Assembly (NCBI GenBank): GCA_017303895.1
Contig: JAFLBF010000014.1
Span: 3,504-67,503, forward strand
DNA: 64,000 bases
Direction of reading: 5' to 3'
Origin: Bacteroidota bacterium
GTDB taxonomy: Bacteria; Bacteroidota; Bacteroidia; 2-12-FULL-35-15
The notes below the pieces were generated by a model. It did no database searches and was not told the DNA's origin. It worked only from the letters and a program-made list of their open reading frames with translations. The position numbers and the translations under genes were made by a program. Shown in pieces: positions 10,690-23,528 of this stretch (position 1 is the first letter of the stretch; each line of letters starts with the position of its first letter).

Positions 10690-10717
10690 AGGCGAAACAA
10701 TTTGTTTCGCCTTTTTG
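10690..10717. terminator. Bidirectional rho-independent terminator.
   Basis: The hairpin aggcgaaacaa-tt-tgtttcgcct is followed by tttttg. It lies between convergent genes. Confidence 0.7.
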
Positions 10718-10735
10718 AATGAAATGAGTATTCGA

Positions 10736-13330
10736 TTAATTTTTAACCATTTTCTTTGTTTCAATTACTTTACCATCTACAACAAGGGTATAAGTATAAA
10801 TACCATTGCTTAGGTCACTGGCAAATACATTAACACTTCCTTTTCCTTTTTGAGTAAGCTCTAAGGATTGGATAAGTTTACCTTGAGCATTGTAAAATAA
10901 TAATTGTGCTTTGTTTACTTCATCAGGTAAAAAATAACTGATGGATGTTTGCTCTGCAAAAGGATTAGGAACGTTTTGTTCTAATACAATTGACTGAGCA
11001 TCTTTTAATTCAATATTAGTAATGCTTGAGTTTTGATTATTTAAATTGTTTTGCTGCATAGCCAGGTTATTACCACATAAATTCAATCCATTTATACAAT
11101 TCTCTAGTGCTGTTAAACGATCATTTAAGCTATTGATAGCAGAATCTTTACTTTGAATTTGTAATTGTTGCTCTTGAATTGCTTTTGTAAGAATGCCAAT
11201 AAAAGCATTGTAATTTAATGCCTTAAAGTTGTAAGGCTCGATTATTTCATTTCCTAATGAGTCATAAACTGCTGGATTAATTACTCCTGTAACCAATTCA
11301 GGTAAAATAACTTCAACTTCTTGTGCTTTAAAACCATATTGTACACTATTAGGAAGATTCATGCCTTTTGTGGCACCAAGCGCAACATCAAAGTTGAATT
11401 TGATTGGATTTAATTGATTTACTATATCTACTGCATTGGAAATAGTTACTACATTTTTTTTGATTAAACCGTCAGATGGCGAATATACTGTTGTGTAATA
11501 TGCCGCACCATTTGAATAAACCGCCCAACTCTGATTAGTGGCACTTGCGGTCGTAATTGGAGAGCTTGTTCCGTAAATGCTATAATTAACACCACCTCCT
11601 ATAGCTTCACCATAAACACCGTATTTAGGAACCCCAGCTTGTGGGGTTACAGAACGTCCCATTACCCCAACGGCAAATCTAGTATTTTCAGCTCTAAACA
11701 ATCCTCCAATATTTCGCTGATTGGCACTGCCTTGAAATGCATCAGAAATACCGTAAACACCAATAGCGGTAAAAGATACGTTTGATGCTGGTAGATCCCT
11801 GTTGGCAAATGCTCCAGCTATTGTTAATGGAATTGTAGATACTGTAGCAGCAGACTGTTCTAATACACTCAATTTTGCTGCTGGTAAAATTGTAGAACAA
11901 GGTGATCCAATTGAGACACGATTGTCAAGAGGAGTATTTTGCCCAGAAAAATAATAATCAAAATTGTTTAATGGAACTTCATAATTTCCTACTATTGGAT
12001 TTTGTATTGGAGCTGAACAATAATTACCAACTCCTGTTCCTCCTTCAACATAAATTACATCACCATTTGCATCAACAGAAAGAACTCCTGTTCCGGGATT
12101 AGTAACAGTTAAATTTCCGAAATGCAAATCTCTAAAACGTAATCCACTTGCCCCAACTGTTCCATTTGGTGATGGATTTGTTAAGTTTATTCCGGCATCA
12201 ATTTCTAATTTGTTTTGAGGAGCTATCGCTGCATTTGACAATCCTATTCCTACCATAATGTTATTATTGCCTAGAATCATTTTATTACTGGCTGTTACAT
12301 TTGCCCCAAAACCTATTGCATTTGCATTTGTAAGACCAGGAGCATTTGCATCTGATGATGTACCTAGAAATAAATTATTACTGCCTGTTGTAATAAAATT
12401 ACCTGCATTTGTTCCGAATGCACAGTTATTAACCCCAGTTGTTATGTTATTTCCAGTATTTGCTCCTGCAAGTGTATTGCCTAGTCCAGATGTAATTGCA
12501 TTTCCTGTATTATAACCTAGTAAACTATTGTTATTTCCAGTTGTTAATGAAATAATGGTTCTACTCCCAACAATTGTATTTCTACTACCATTTGAATTCG
12601 TTGGTCCACCAAATGAAGAATGCCAACCGATTGCAACATTATCAGTACCACCAATAAAGGAAGCTCCAGCGTGATGTCCGACAAATGTATTTTGAATACC
12701 ATTTACCATATTTTCACCTGCCCTGTCACCAACATAAGTATTGTCATAGCCAGTTGTATTGGCCGTCCCTGCTAAATGACCTAAGAATGTGTTTTGAGAA
12801 CCTGTTGTGGTACTGGTACCTGCATTGTATCCAAAGAATGCATTCGCATTTGCACTAGTGTTTTGATTTCCTGAACCGGATCCAACAAAAGTATTTTGAA
12901 TACCTGTAGATAAGGCAGAGCCTGCATTTACTCCTACATAAATATTTGATGCTATTCCATTGTGCCATAATACATAACTAGAAGCAATTCTATATCCTCT
13001 GTTTGCACTATTTACATTTATATCTCCACCATTTACATCAAGTAGAAAATTGGGAGCAGTAAATCCTAGACCAATACCAACGAAACCAGTTGTATTCATA
13101 ATCGTCATACGCTGTGAACCATTCGTTTGAAAGTTTATAGGGAAATTTCCCTTGTGGGCTAGGGTGAATGCAAATGGGCGAGTTGCATTCCAACCGCAAT
13201 AGTCTGTTATTACTCCTGGCGCACCATTACCAACCTGAGATACTTGTGCTTTTATATTAGTAGCTACAAGACCAATTAAAGCGAATGACAACGCTAAGGT
13301 TTTTTTGTTTGATTTTTTCAAATGTTTCAT
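10736..13330 (-). CDS. Large secreted T9SS-sorted protein with tail-fibre-like Gly/Asn repeats and an endosialidase-chaperone (S74)-like domain.
   Basis: It has a signal peptide followed by dozens of G.N..VG / NTF.G repeats. There is an S74 intramolecular-chaperone-like segment (SDGLIKKNVVTISNAVDIVNQLNPIKFNFD), then a coiled coil. The C-terminus is a T9SS sorting domain (NGIYTYTLVVDGKVIETKKMVKN). Confidence 0.6.
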   Translation of the reverse strand: MKHLKKSNKKTLALSFALIGLVATNIKAQVSQVGNGAPGVITDYCGWNATRPFAFTLAHKGNFPINFQTNGSQRMTIMNTTGFVGIGLGFTAPNFLLDVNGGDINVNSANRGYRIASSYVLWHNGIASNIYVGVNAGSALSTGIQNTFVGSGSGNQNTSANANAFFGYNAGTSTTTGSQNTFLGHLAGTANTTGYDNTYVGDRAGENMVNGIQNTFVGHHAGASFIGGTDNVAIGWHSSFGGPTNSNGSRNTIVGSRTIISLTTGNNNSLLGYNTGNAITSGLGNTLAGANTGNNITTGVNNCAFGTNAGNFITTGSNNLFLGTSSDANAPGLTNANAIGFGANVTASNKMILGNNNIMVGIGLSNAAIAPQNKLEIDAGINLTNPSPNGTVGASGLRFRDLHFGNLTVTNPGTGVLSVDANGDVIYVEGGTGVGNYCSAPIQNPIVGNYEVPLNNFDYYFSGQNTPLDNRVSIGSPCSTILPAAKLSVLEQSAATVSTIPLTIAGAFANRDLPASNVSFTAIGVYGISDAFQGSANQRNIGGLFRAENTRFAVGVMGRSVTPQAGVPKYGVYGEAIGGGVNYSIYGTSSPITTASATNQSWAVYSNGAAYYTTVYSPSDGLIKKNVVTISNAVDIVNQLNPIKFNFDVALGATKGMNLPNSVQYGFKAQEVEVILPELVTGVINPAVYDSLGNEIIEPYNFKALNYNAFIGILTKAIQEQQLQIQSKDSAINSLNDRLTALENCINGLNLCGNNLAMQQNNLNNQNSSITNIELKDAQSIVLEQNVPNPFAEQTSISYFLPDEVNKAQLLFYNAQGKLIQSLELTQKGKGSVNVFASDLSNGIYTYTLVVDGKVIETKKMVKN

Positions 13331-13336
13331 TTTTAA

Positions 13337-14311
13337 TTAGTGACTAATTAGAATTTGTCTGGAATAAAAACTATTCTCGGTCTTTATTTTTAAAATATAA
13401 AGGCCTTGTGAAAAAGCTGAAATGTCTATTTCAGTTGTGTTTTTGTTTTTAGATTCAGCCTGATAGACAGTTTGTCCTAAACAGTTTGTCAAATAAATTT
13501 CTTCAATATAAGATGTGGTTGAGATTTTAATAATGTCATTGGATGGATTCGGATAGATATTTAATTTTTCATTATTCTGTTCTAAGTCATTAATACCAGT
13601 CCACGTCTCATTAAACATTGAATCGGTAGTTACACAGATGTCATCAAGAAAGTAATAAGATTCATTGGTCCAGTTGTTAGGTCCGCCAAAATAGAGTGTA
13701 TCAGTGTTCGCTTCATCAAAAAAATTACCAAGCATTAAATAGTTATAGGCTGAATCTGCAATAAATGACCCACTGACTTTGATCCATTGTAGAGTATCTG
13801 TATATATGGAATCAGTATATAAATGGGAGAAATTATCTAATGCCGGTGGTGTAGTCTCAGAATAAGGGACAGTTGAAAATTTTAGCCCTAATTTATCTGT
13901 ACCGATGGCATTTGTAGCCATGCCAATTGGGTATCTACGTGCAAAACTCATAAAAAAAGACATATAATATTTTTGACCAACACTTAAAGTACTTGCTAGC
14001 TGTATTCCAACAAATTCACGATAATCAGGCCAGCCCGAACTTGAAGGATTCACATAAGTAAAAACACCAATCATTCCAACGCCCGAATGTGCAGGGTGGT
14101 ATCCAGTAGGTGTATTTGGGACATTAAGAGCAGAGCTGCAACTATTCAGGTAGTCTGGAGACCTCCCAAAACAAACCCAGGATAAAGGAAGTTGATTTTC
14201 TGCCCATGGGCAAAATACTGTATCTTCAAGATTGGGGTTTGGTACAAGGTTCTGCCCAAATAAATTACATGTAAAATAAAATACTATAAAAAATGGCAAT
14301 AGCTTCTTCAT
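13337..14311 (-). CDS. Secreted protein with a T9SS C-terminal sorting domain.
   Basis: It has a signal peptide. The C-terminal ~80 aa (LNIYPNPSNDIIKIS...LYILKIKTENSFYSRQILIS) is typical of a Por_Secre_tail domain. Confidence 0.6.
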   Translation of the reverse strand: MKKLLPFFIVFYFTCNLFGQNLVPNPNLEDTVFCPWAENQLPLSWVCFGRSPDYLNSCSSALNVPNTPTGYHPAHSGVGMIGVFTYVNPSSSGWPDYREFVGIQLASTLSVGQKYYMSFFMSFARRYPIGMATNAIGTDKLGLKFSTVPYSETTPPALDNFSHLYTDSIYTDTLQWIKVSGSFIADSAYNYLMLGNFFDEANTDTLYFGGPNNWTNESYYFLDDICVTTDSMFNETWTGINDLEQNNEKLNIYPNPSNDIIKISTTSYIEEIYLTNCLGQTVYQAESKNKNTTEIDISAFSQGLYILKIKTENSFYSRQILISH

Positions 14312-14403
14312 TTATCAAATATATAAAAATACCTGAGAAAAACAAATGCCGGTATTTCTGCCATAATCTGAAATAAGAAACGAACATTCCTTATCTTTGT
14401 AAT

Positions 14404-15018
14404 ATGCTGACACTACTGATCATTGCGATTACGGTTTTTATCTCTATCACTTCTATGGAGAATCATACATTGAAGAATAAACTGATGTTCAATGCTTATA
14501 TGATCCATAATAGAAAAGAGTGGTGGCGTTTCTTTTCAAGTGGTTTGATCCATGCCGACTGGATGCACCTTGGTTTCAATATGTTCTCGTTCTATATGTT
14601 CGGTCGCCAGGTGGAAACAGCTTATGGATATATTTTTGGTTCACAAGGTTTTCTCTTCTTTTTGCTTTTATATATTGGTGGATTGGTCATGTCTTCTTTG
14701 TATTCTTATGAAAAACACAAACAGAATATCTATTACAATGCATTAGGAGCTTCGGGTGCTGTATCAGCAGTTGTGTTTGCTTATATCATTATTGCACCAA
14801 CTGCAGGATTGTATTTCTTTTTTATTCCTGTTCCTATTCCGGCTTATTTATTCGGTTTGATCTTTTTAGGTGTTGAATATTATTTAGGGAAAAGAGGGAA
14901 CAGTAATATCGGTCATGATGCCCATTTTTGGGGAGCTGTGTATGGTGCCCTGCTAACGATCGTATTGAAACCTTCTTTATTTATGGATTTTATTGATCAG
15001 ATCTTAGGGCGTGTTTAA
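14404..15018 (+). CDS. Rhomboid-family intramembrane serine protease.
   Basis: It has six TM helices. GASGAVSAVVF is the GxSG catalytic serine motif, and a downstream His lies in a TM helix (HDAHFWGAVYG). Confidence 0.7.
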   Translation: MLTLLIIAITVFISITSMENHTLKNKLMFNAYMIHNRKEWWRFFSSGLIHADWMHLGFNMFSFYMFGRQVETAYGYIFGSQGFLFFLLLYIGGLVMSSLYSYEKHKQNIYYNALGASGAVSAVVFAYIIIAPTAGLYFFFIPVPIPAYLFGLIFLGVEYYLGKRGNSNIGHDAHFWGAVYGALLTIVLKPSLFMDFIDQILGRV

Positions 15019-15023
15019 ACAAA

Positions 15024-15518
15024 ATGGAAACAATGAACAAAGCAATATTTTTAGACAGAGACGGTGTTATTAATTTTGAACGGGGATACACTCATCGTTT
15101 GGAGGATTTCAAGATCCTACCCGATCTGATGGAGGTATTGACCTTGTTTCAAAAGAATGGTTATCATTTGATCATTGTTTCGAATCAAAGTGGTATTGCT
15201 AAAGGTTTATATACACAAGCCGATGTAGAAGTATTACATGCTTATTTGTTGGAGGAATTTAAAAAGAACAATATAAAAATATCGGAAGTGTATTATTGTG
15301 TACATCATCCCGATGTAAGCAAATGTATTTGCCGTAAACCAGATTCTCTGTTTGTTGAAAAAGGATTAGCACGATTTAACATTGATCCGAAGCGATCTTA
15401 TTTTATCGGAGATAAAGAGCGTGATACCGAAGCCGCTGAAAAAGCAGGTGTGAAAGGGATTTTAATAGAGGCGAATATTTCATTGAAAACGATTTTAAAC
15501 CAAATTAAATTCGACTAA
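15024..15518 (+). CDS. gmhB: HAD-IIIA phosphatase (D,D-heptose 1,7-bisphosphate phosphatase GmhB-like).
   Basis: It contains the IFLDRDGVIN HAD motif I, an SNQSGIA motif and a GDKERD motif. Confidence 0.65.
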   Translation: METMNKAIFLDRDGVINFERGYTHRLEDFKILPDLMEVLTLFQKNGYHLIIVSNQSGIAKGLYTQADVEVLHAYLLEEFKKNNIKISEVYYCVHHPDVSKCICRKPDSLFVEKGLARFNIDPKRSYFIGDKERDTEAAEKAGVKGILIEANISLKTILNQIKFD

Positions 15519-16367
15519 ATGGCTGGATTTATTAATCATAATGGAAATTTTATGCCGGCCGATCAGCCGGTGTTGAATGTGAATAATCGCGGATTCCGTT
15601 ATGGTGATGCCCTGTTTGAAACAATCCGTTATTCTAACGGAAAGCCTTTATTTCTCAAAGAACATTTGCAACGTTTGCTGAATGGCATGCGTGTGTTGAA
15701 AATGAAACAACATCCTTTGTTCTCTGTCACTTTTTTTGAAGAGATGATCAAAGAATTGTCGCAGAAGAATGCTATTGGAACGGATGCAAGAGTGAGATTA
15801 ACCGTGTATAGGAATGATGGCGGGTTTTATGCACCATCTGATGATCAGGTATCTTACCTCATGGAAATGTATCCTGTTCAGGAAAAAGGCTATGTGTTGA
15901 ATTCTACCGGACTAACGGTTGATCTATTTACCGAGTTCAGAAAAACACCTAATTCATTGGCTTCCATTAAATCGGCCAACAGTGCTATTTATGTGTTAGC
16001 CGGTGTATATAAAAATCAGCAGCAATTGGATGAATGTATCTTGAGTAATGATAAATCTCATATTATTGAAGCCATAAGTTCCAATATCTTTGCAGTGAAA
16101 AATGGAGTGTTGTACACGCCTCCGGTAACCGATGGTTGTGTGGATGGTGTGATGCGTAAAAAGATCATTGAAGTAGCGCAGCAGAATAGAGTAGCAGTGT
16201 ATGAGATATCGATCATGCAGAATGTGTTATTGGGTGCAGACGAGTTGTTCTTAACCAATACGATCAAAGGTATTCAGTGGGTGGCAGCATTCAAGCAAAA
16301 ACGATATACCAATAATACTTCTGAAAAGTTGATCGCTAAATTAAATGAATTGGTTGTTAGTTGCTAG
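15519..16367 (+). CDS. Class IV aminotransferase (branched-chain aminotransferase / aminodeoxychorismate lyase family).
   Basis: It is 282 aa with fold-type IV PLP signature regions (RYGDALFETIR, E....N.F....G.L.TP). Confidence 0.7.
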   Translation: MAGFINHNGNFMPADQPVLNVNNRGFRYGDALFETIRYSNGKPLFLKEHLQRLLNGMRVLKMKQHPLFSVTFFEEMIKELSQKNAIGTDARVRLTVYRNDGGFYAPSDDQVSYLMEMYPVQEKGYVLNSTGLTVDLFTEFRKTPNSLASIKSANSAIYVLAGVYKNQQQLDECILSNDKSHIIEAISSNIFAVKNGVLYTPPVTDGCVDGVMRKKIIEVAQQNRVAVYEISIMQNVLLGADELFLTNTIKGIQWVAAFKQKRYTNNTSEKLIAKLNELVVSC

Positions 16368-16412
16368 AATGATGCCTATAAGCATTGGTAGTTTTAAAAT
16401 AAAAATAAATTT

Positions 16413-17063
16413 ATGGAAGATCTTAGATTATATATCAATACCCTTCGTCACGATTTTTCTAAACAAACATTGGATGAATCGCAAGTAGATAAAAGTCCTT
16501 TTTTACAATTCGAAAAATGGTTCAAAGAAGCTGTGGATGCGCATGTGAATGAGCCGAATGCAATGACAGTAGCAACAGCTTCCAAGAGTGGAAAACCTGC
16601 AGCACGTATCTTGTTGTTGCGTAACTTCAACGAGAATGGTTTTGTATTCTACACCAATTATACCAGCAGAAAAGGGGAGGAGATCGATGAGAATCCGAAT
16701 TGTGCACTATTGTTTTTCTGGCCTGAATTAGAACGTCAGGTAAGGATAGAAGGAAAGTTGATAAAGCAATCATCCGCTGAATCCGATCTATATTTTAATA
16801 CCCGTCCACGTACCAGTAAGTTGGGAGCATGGACATCTCCTCAAAGTAAAGTAGTGAAGAATCGTGAAGAGTTGGATGAGTTGTACGAACAAATGTCACA
16901 GCGTTTTCCTTCAGAAGATGTTCCCCGTCCACCACATTGGGGCGGCTATGTTTTACAACCAGATAGCATTGAATTTTGGCAAGGTCGTCCAAGTCGTATG
17001 CACGACAGGATACTTTATACCCTTGTAAATGGTAATTGGAAAATAGAGCGTTTGGCTCCCTGA
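16413..17063 (+). CDS. pdxH: Pyridoxamine 5'-phosphate oxidase.
   Basis: It shows PdxH-typical sequence throughout (ARILLLRNFNENGFVFYTNYTSRKG...WGGY...FWQGRPSRMHDR). Confidence 0.9.
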   Translation: MEDLRLYINTLRHDFSKQTLDESQVDKSPFLQFEKWFKEAVDAHVNEPNAMTVATASKSGKPAARILLLRNFNENGFVFYTNYTSRKGEEIDENPNCALLFFWPELERQVRIEGKLIKQSSAESDLYFNTRPRTSKLGAWTSPQSKVVKNREELDELYEQMSQRFPSEDVPRPPHWGGYVLQPDSIEFWQGRPSRMHDRILYTLVNGNWKIERLAP

Positions 17064-17178
17064 GCTAGTTGTTGAATTATTGAATAATTGATTTGTTGAG
17101 TTTTGTAAATTCTACGATTCTCTAACTCTCGAACTCTCCAACTCACAATTCATCAATCACCCTTCATCAATCACCCTT

Positions 17179-18105
17179 CTAAAGATCTTTCATCAACACT
17201 TTGTATAGGTCGATCATGCCTTGAATGTCTTTTTTATGCACCTTTTCATCAGGCGTATGTACATTTTGTTCGGCCGCACCTACAAAGCACCAATCCCAGG
17301 CAAATTCACCCATTTGTAATTCTTTTCCATCACTTCCTCCGCTACCTTCTACTTCTAACTGATGTGGTACTTTGTGTTTTTTAGCAATGGCTCTGATCTT
17401 GTTTACATAACTTCTACGTGGTATTAAACTGTCACGTAAAGAAATAACCGGACCAAGTCCCGGGTGAACACCATCGGAGATCCAGGAGATATCGGAGATA
17501 AGTGCTTGACGTACCTTGTATTTTTCTTGTAAAAATTTTTGAATGTAGGAAACACTTCCACCGCCATGTTCTTCCCAACAACTAAAAACGATCACTCCAT
17601 CTTTTAATGTCTCTGCTACTTTCAAGGCATTGTAAACACCCAAGCGGTTATCCATATAACAGCATTGCACATATTCTTTATCTTCTCTCCAGTTAGGTTT
17701 GAATGTTAATTCTGTTCCTCTTTCAAAATCACGTTTTCCTGTATATTCCAGCTTGGTTTCTTTCGTCTTTTTATCAACTGCTAATTTTAATTTCACTTCC
17801 GCTTTTCCTTTTTCATCTTCACCCACTAATTCAAATCCATCAATGGTTCTTGGTCCACCAATTTTTACTAATTGTTTTCCGTAGCGGACAGTAAATCCAA
17901 TACTATCAATGTGTGCAAAGATTGCAGTGCGGGGTTTTCCGAATACCAGTACGATACAGTCCTGAAAACCATCACCTGAGTAAACTTTCGGTTTTACTTT
18001 CCATGACTTTTTGTTTTTATCAATATAATTCAATAAGAATTTGGTCATTGCCACTTCGTTTCCAGATGGAGCATGAATGGCGCACATTTCTTTTAATAAT
18101 TTCAT
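17179..18105 (-). CDS. M42-family peptidase (glutamyl aminopeptidase / FrvX-like).
   Basis: It has the N-terminal MKLLKEMCAIHAPSGNE and an AHIDSIGF motif (the HxDxxG metal site). Confidence 0.65.
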   Translation of the reverse strand: MKLLKEMCAIHAPSGNEVAMTKFLLNYIDKNKKSWKVKPKVYSGDGFQDCIVLVFGKPRTAIFAHIDSIGFTVRYGKQLVKIGGPRTIDGFELVGEDEKGKAEVKLKLAVDKKTKETKLEYTGKRDFERGTELTFKPNWREDKEYVQCCYMDNRLGVYNALKVAETLKDGVIVFSCWEEHGGGSVSYIQKFLQEKYKVRQALISDISWISDGVHPGLGPVISLRDSLIPRRSYVNKIRAIAKKHKVPHQLEVEGSGGSDGKELQMGEFAWDWCFVGAAEQNVHTPDEKVHKKDIQGMIDLYKVLMKDL

Positions 18106-18122
18106 ATGTATAGTTTTTTATT

Positions 18123-18737
18123 CTAAATCTCTTTTATGAATTTAATTTCAAGATTACTGATTTTGCTGAACATATCATACACTTTTGTAGAATTACTTTT
18201 GCGTACTGAGAATGTTAATGCACAGCTTAGCTCAAAATTCTGAGAGAGGATCTGCAGTCCTTCATCTTTGATGATCTTCATGACATCATTCATTTGTAAA
18301 TAGTCAAATGATACTTCATATACTTCATCTACCGTTCTTTCTATGATCTTCGCATTTGTAATGGCATCAGCAGCAGCCAATTTGTAGGCATTGATCAGTC
18401 CGCTCACACCTAATAATGTACCACCGAAATAGCGGACAACAACGATCAGGATATTGGTGAGATCTTTTGATTGGATCTGTCCAAGGATCGGTTTTCCTGC
18501 GGTGTTCGATGGTTCACCGTCATCATTGGCTCGGAATGCTTGTTTGCTTGCTCCCAAACGAAAAGCATAACAATGATGTCTTGCGCTGGGGTGTAGTTTT
18601 CGAAGTTCTGCCAAATGGAGCTTTACAGCCTCTTCATTGGAAACAGGAAAGGCATAAGCCAAAAACTTACTGCCTTTGTCTTTGAACAATCCTTCGGATG
18701 CTTTTTCGATCGTTAAATAAGTGTCTTCAAAAAGCAT
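18123..18737 (-). CDS. yigZ: YigZ/IMPACT family protein.
   Basis: It is UPF0029-typical (IEKGSKFLAYAFPV, HHCYAFRLG...DDGEP.NTAG.PIL). Confidence 0.8.
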   Translation of the reverse strand: MLFEDTYLTIEKASEGLFKDKGSKFLAYAFPVSNEEAVKLHLAELRKLHPSARHHCYAFRLGASKQAFRANDDGEPSNTAGKPILGQIQSKDLTNILIVVVRYFGGTLLGVSGLINAYKLAAADAITNAKIIERTVDEVYEVSFDYLQMNDVMKIIKDEGLQILSQNFELSCALTFSVRKSNSTKVYDMFSKISNLEIKFIKEI

Positions 18738-18738
18738 A

Positions 18739-19791
18739 TTAGCTGTTACGATAGAGAAGTAAAGTGTTTGTATCGATCGACTCTTTTGATTCAGGTTTTA
18801 AAAGCATTTCCGGTGCATTGATGCCACTGTGAATATGTTCTTGCGAAATGAATACCCGTGCTTCATCCCAGCAGTCATCACTGATAAAACTGTTCAACAC
18901 ATTGTAGCCACCTTCAACGATCACAGATTGAATATTGCGTTTGTATAATTCCTGCATGATCTGCGGGATCATCTTTTCATCAAAATTGATCTTTACAAAA
19001 TCGAGGTTTGTTTCAGAAGGCATTTCTATGTCGGTGAAAACAATGGTTGGAACCGTTTTGTCGAATAGGAAATAGTCTTTTGGAATAGACAGTTTTTTAT
19101 CGGTCACAATGCGTATAGGATTTTTTCCTTCTACTTTTCTTACCGTTAATTGAGGATTATCCAACAAGGCAGTGTTTTTTCCCACCATGATCGCTTGTTC
19201 CTGACTTCTCCAAGTGTGCACCAGTTTTTGTGCAGCTTCATTACTGATCTGAAGCGGAGGACTTGTATTATCAGTTCTTACTTTATCAATAAAACCATCG
19301 GCTGTTTGTGCCCATTTTAAAATAATGTAGGGGCGTTTCTTTTCTTGAAAAGTAAAAAAACGTTTGTTCAATTCTTTACATTCATCTTCCAATACTCCCA
19401 CTTTTACATCCACTCCTGCTTTTGTTAATTTTTCAATTCCTCTTCCACATACCTGAGCAAAGCTGTCGATCGTGCCGATCACCACATAAGGTATTTTGTG
19501 TTCAATGATCAAGTCGGCACAAGGAGGTGTTTTCCCGAAATGCGAACAAGGTTCTAAATTCACATACAGTGTTGCTTTTTTCAACAAACTTTTATCTTTA
19601 ACAGATTGAATGGCATTCACTTCTGCATGTGCTTGTCCGTATTGCTGATGATATCCTTCACCAATGATCTCGTTATTATAAACGATCACGCTACCCACCA
19701 TAGGATTGGGTGCCACATTTCCAAAGCCTTTTGCTGCCAATTCAAGGCAACGTTTCATGTATTTTTCTTGTTCCGTCATATAGTGCTGCAA
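18739..19791 (-). CDS. ribD: Bifunctional riboflavin biosynthesis protein RibD (deaminase/reductase).
   Basis: It has the CMP/dCMP deaminase zinc motifs HAEVNAI and PCSHFGKTPPCADLI, and a C-terminal reductase domain. Confidence 0.9.
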   Translation of the reverse strand: MQHYMTEQEKYMKRCLELAAKGFGNVAPNPMVGSVIVYNNEIIGEGYHQQYGQAHAEVNAIQSVKDKSLLKKATLYVNLEPCSHFGKTPPCADLIIEHKIPYVVIGTIDSFAQVCGRGIEKLTKAGVDVKVGVLEDECKELNKRFFTFQEKKRPYIILKWAQTADGFIDKVRTDNTSPPLQISNEAAQKLVHTWRSQEQAIMVGKNTALLDNPQLTVRKVEGKNPIRIVTDKKLSIPKDYFLFDKTVPTIVFTDIEMPSETNLDFVKINFDEKMIPQIMQELYKRNIQSVIVEGGYNVLNSFISDDCWDEARVFISQEHIHSGINAPEMLLKPESKESIDTNTLLLYRNS

Positions 19792-19817
19792 ATGTAACTA
19801 TTCTTAACTTTGTGCCC

Positions 19818-20681
19818 ATGCAAATTGCTTCAAATAAAATAAAGGATGTGATCCGCTTTTTTAAGCAGGAGTTGGAAGGGATCTATGAGGATTCTGAAAT
19901 AGATGCTTTTGTTGCTATTTGTTTTGAAGAGTTGCTGAATTTGAAACGTTCCGATCTATTGTTGAAAGGCGAAAAGACCATGAGTGAGTCGGAATTGTTG
20001 AAATTTAATTTTGCCATTAAAGATCTTAAAAAGCAAAAACCTTTACAATACATTTTAGGTGTTGCCGATTTTTACGGTTTGAAGTTTAAGGTCAATTCAT
20101 CGGTATTGATACCTCGTCCCGAAACAGAAGAGTTGGTTGACTTGATCGTTAAGGACCATAAAGGAAAAGTCTTGCGGATCCTTGATATCGGAACCGGTTC
20201 GGGTTGTATTCCTGTGAGTTTGAAAAAGAATTTGCCACTCTCAACAGTCGATGCAGTTGATATTTCGGAAGAAGCGCTTCTGGTAGCGAAAGAAAATGCA
20301 AGAACGAATGCAGTTGATGTTCATTTTCAACGGGAGGATATTTTGAAACCTGATGCTGCTTTTAAAAGCTTACGCTATGATGTGATCGTGAGCAATCCAC
20401 CTTACATCAAAGAATCGGAAAAAGAAGCGATGCACAAGAATGTGCTCGATCATGAACCGCACTTAGCATTATTTGTTTATAACAGCGATGCTTTATTGTT
20501 CTATAAAGTAATTGCGGATCATGCTTTAACCATGTTAAATCCGGGTGGGCAGATCTACTTTGAGATCAATGTGGAACATGATCAGGAAACCAAACAAATG
20601 CTTGAAAATAAAGGCTTTAAAAATGTAGTGTTGATAAAGGATATGAGTAATAAAAATCGTATCTTGCGAGGTAGTATTTAG
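19818..20681 (+). CDS. prmC: Release-factor glutamine N5-methyltransferase PrmC/HemK.
   Basis: It has the VSNPPY catalytic motif and a SAM-binding DIGTGSG. The start was moved from the track's 19710 to the ATG at 19818 to avoid overlap with ribD. Confidence 0.85.
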   Translation: MQIASNKIKDVIRFFKQELEGIYEDSEIDAFVAICFEELLNLKRSDLLLKGEKTMSESELLKFNFAIKDLKKQKPLQYILGVADFYGLKFKVNSSVLIPRPETEELVDLIVKDHKGKVLRILDIGTGSGCIPVSLKKNLPLSTVDAVDISEEALLVAKENARTNAVDVHFQREDILKPDAAFKSLRYDVIVSNPPYIKESEKEAMHKNVLDHEPHLALFVYNSDALLFYKVIADHALTMLNPGGQIYFEINVEHDQETKQMLENKGFKNVVLIKDMSNKNRILRGSI

Positions 20682-20693
20682 ACCTATATTTTA

Positions 20694-23524
<2,831 letters not shown>

Positions 23525-23528
23525 AAGA

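Noticed and set aside
17067-17178. Direct repeat catcaatcaccctt x2 and ctctaactctcgaactctccaactc in the intergenic region after pdxH.
   Set aside because: It is a short low-complexity duplication with no hairpin or ORF. It is likely a trivial slippage repeat.
19710-19817. Upstream extension of the prmC ORF (track start 19710).
   Set aside because: The extension overlaps the ribD 5' end on the opposite strand. The ATG at 19818 gives a normal PrmC N-terminus.
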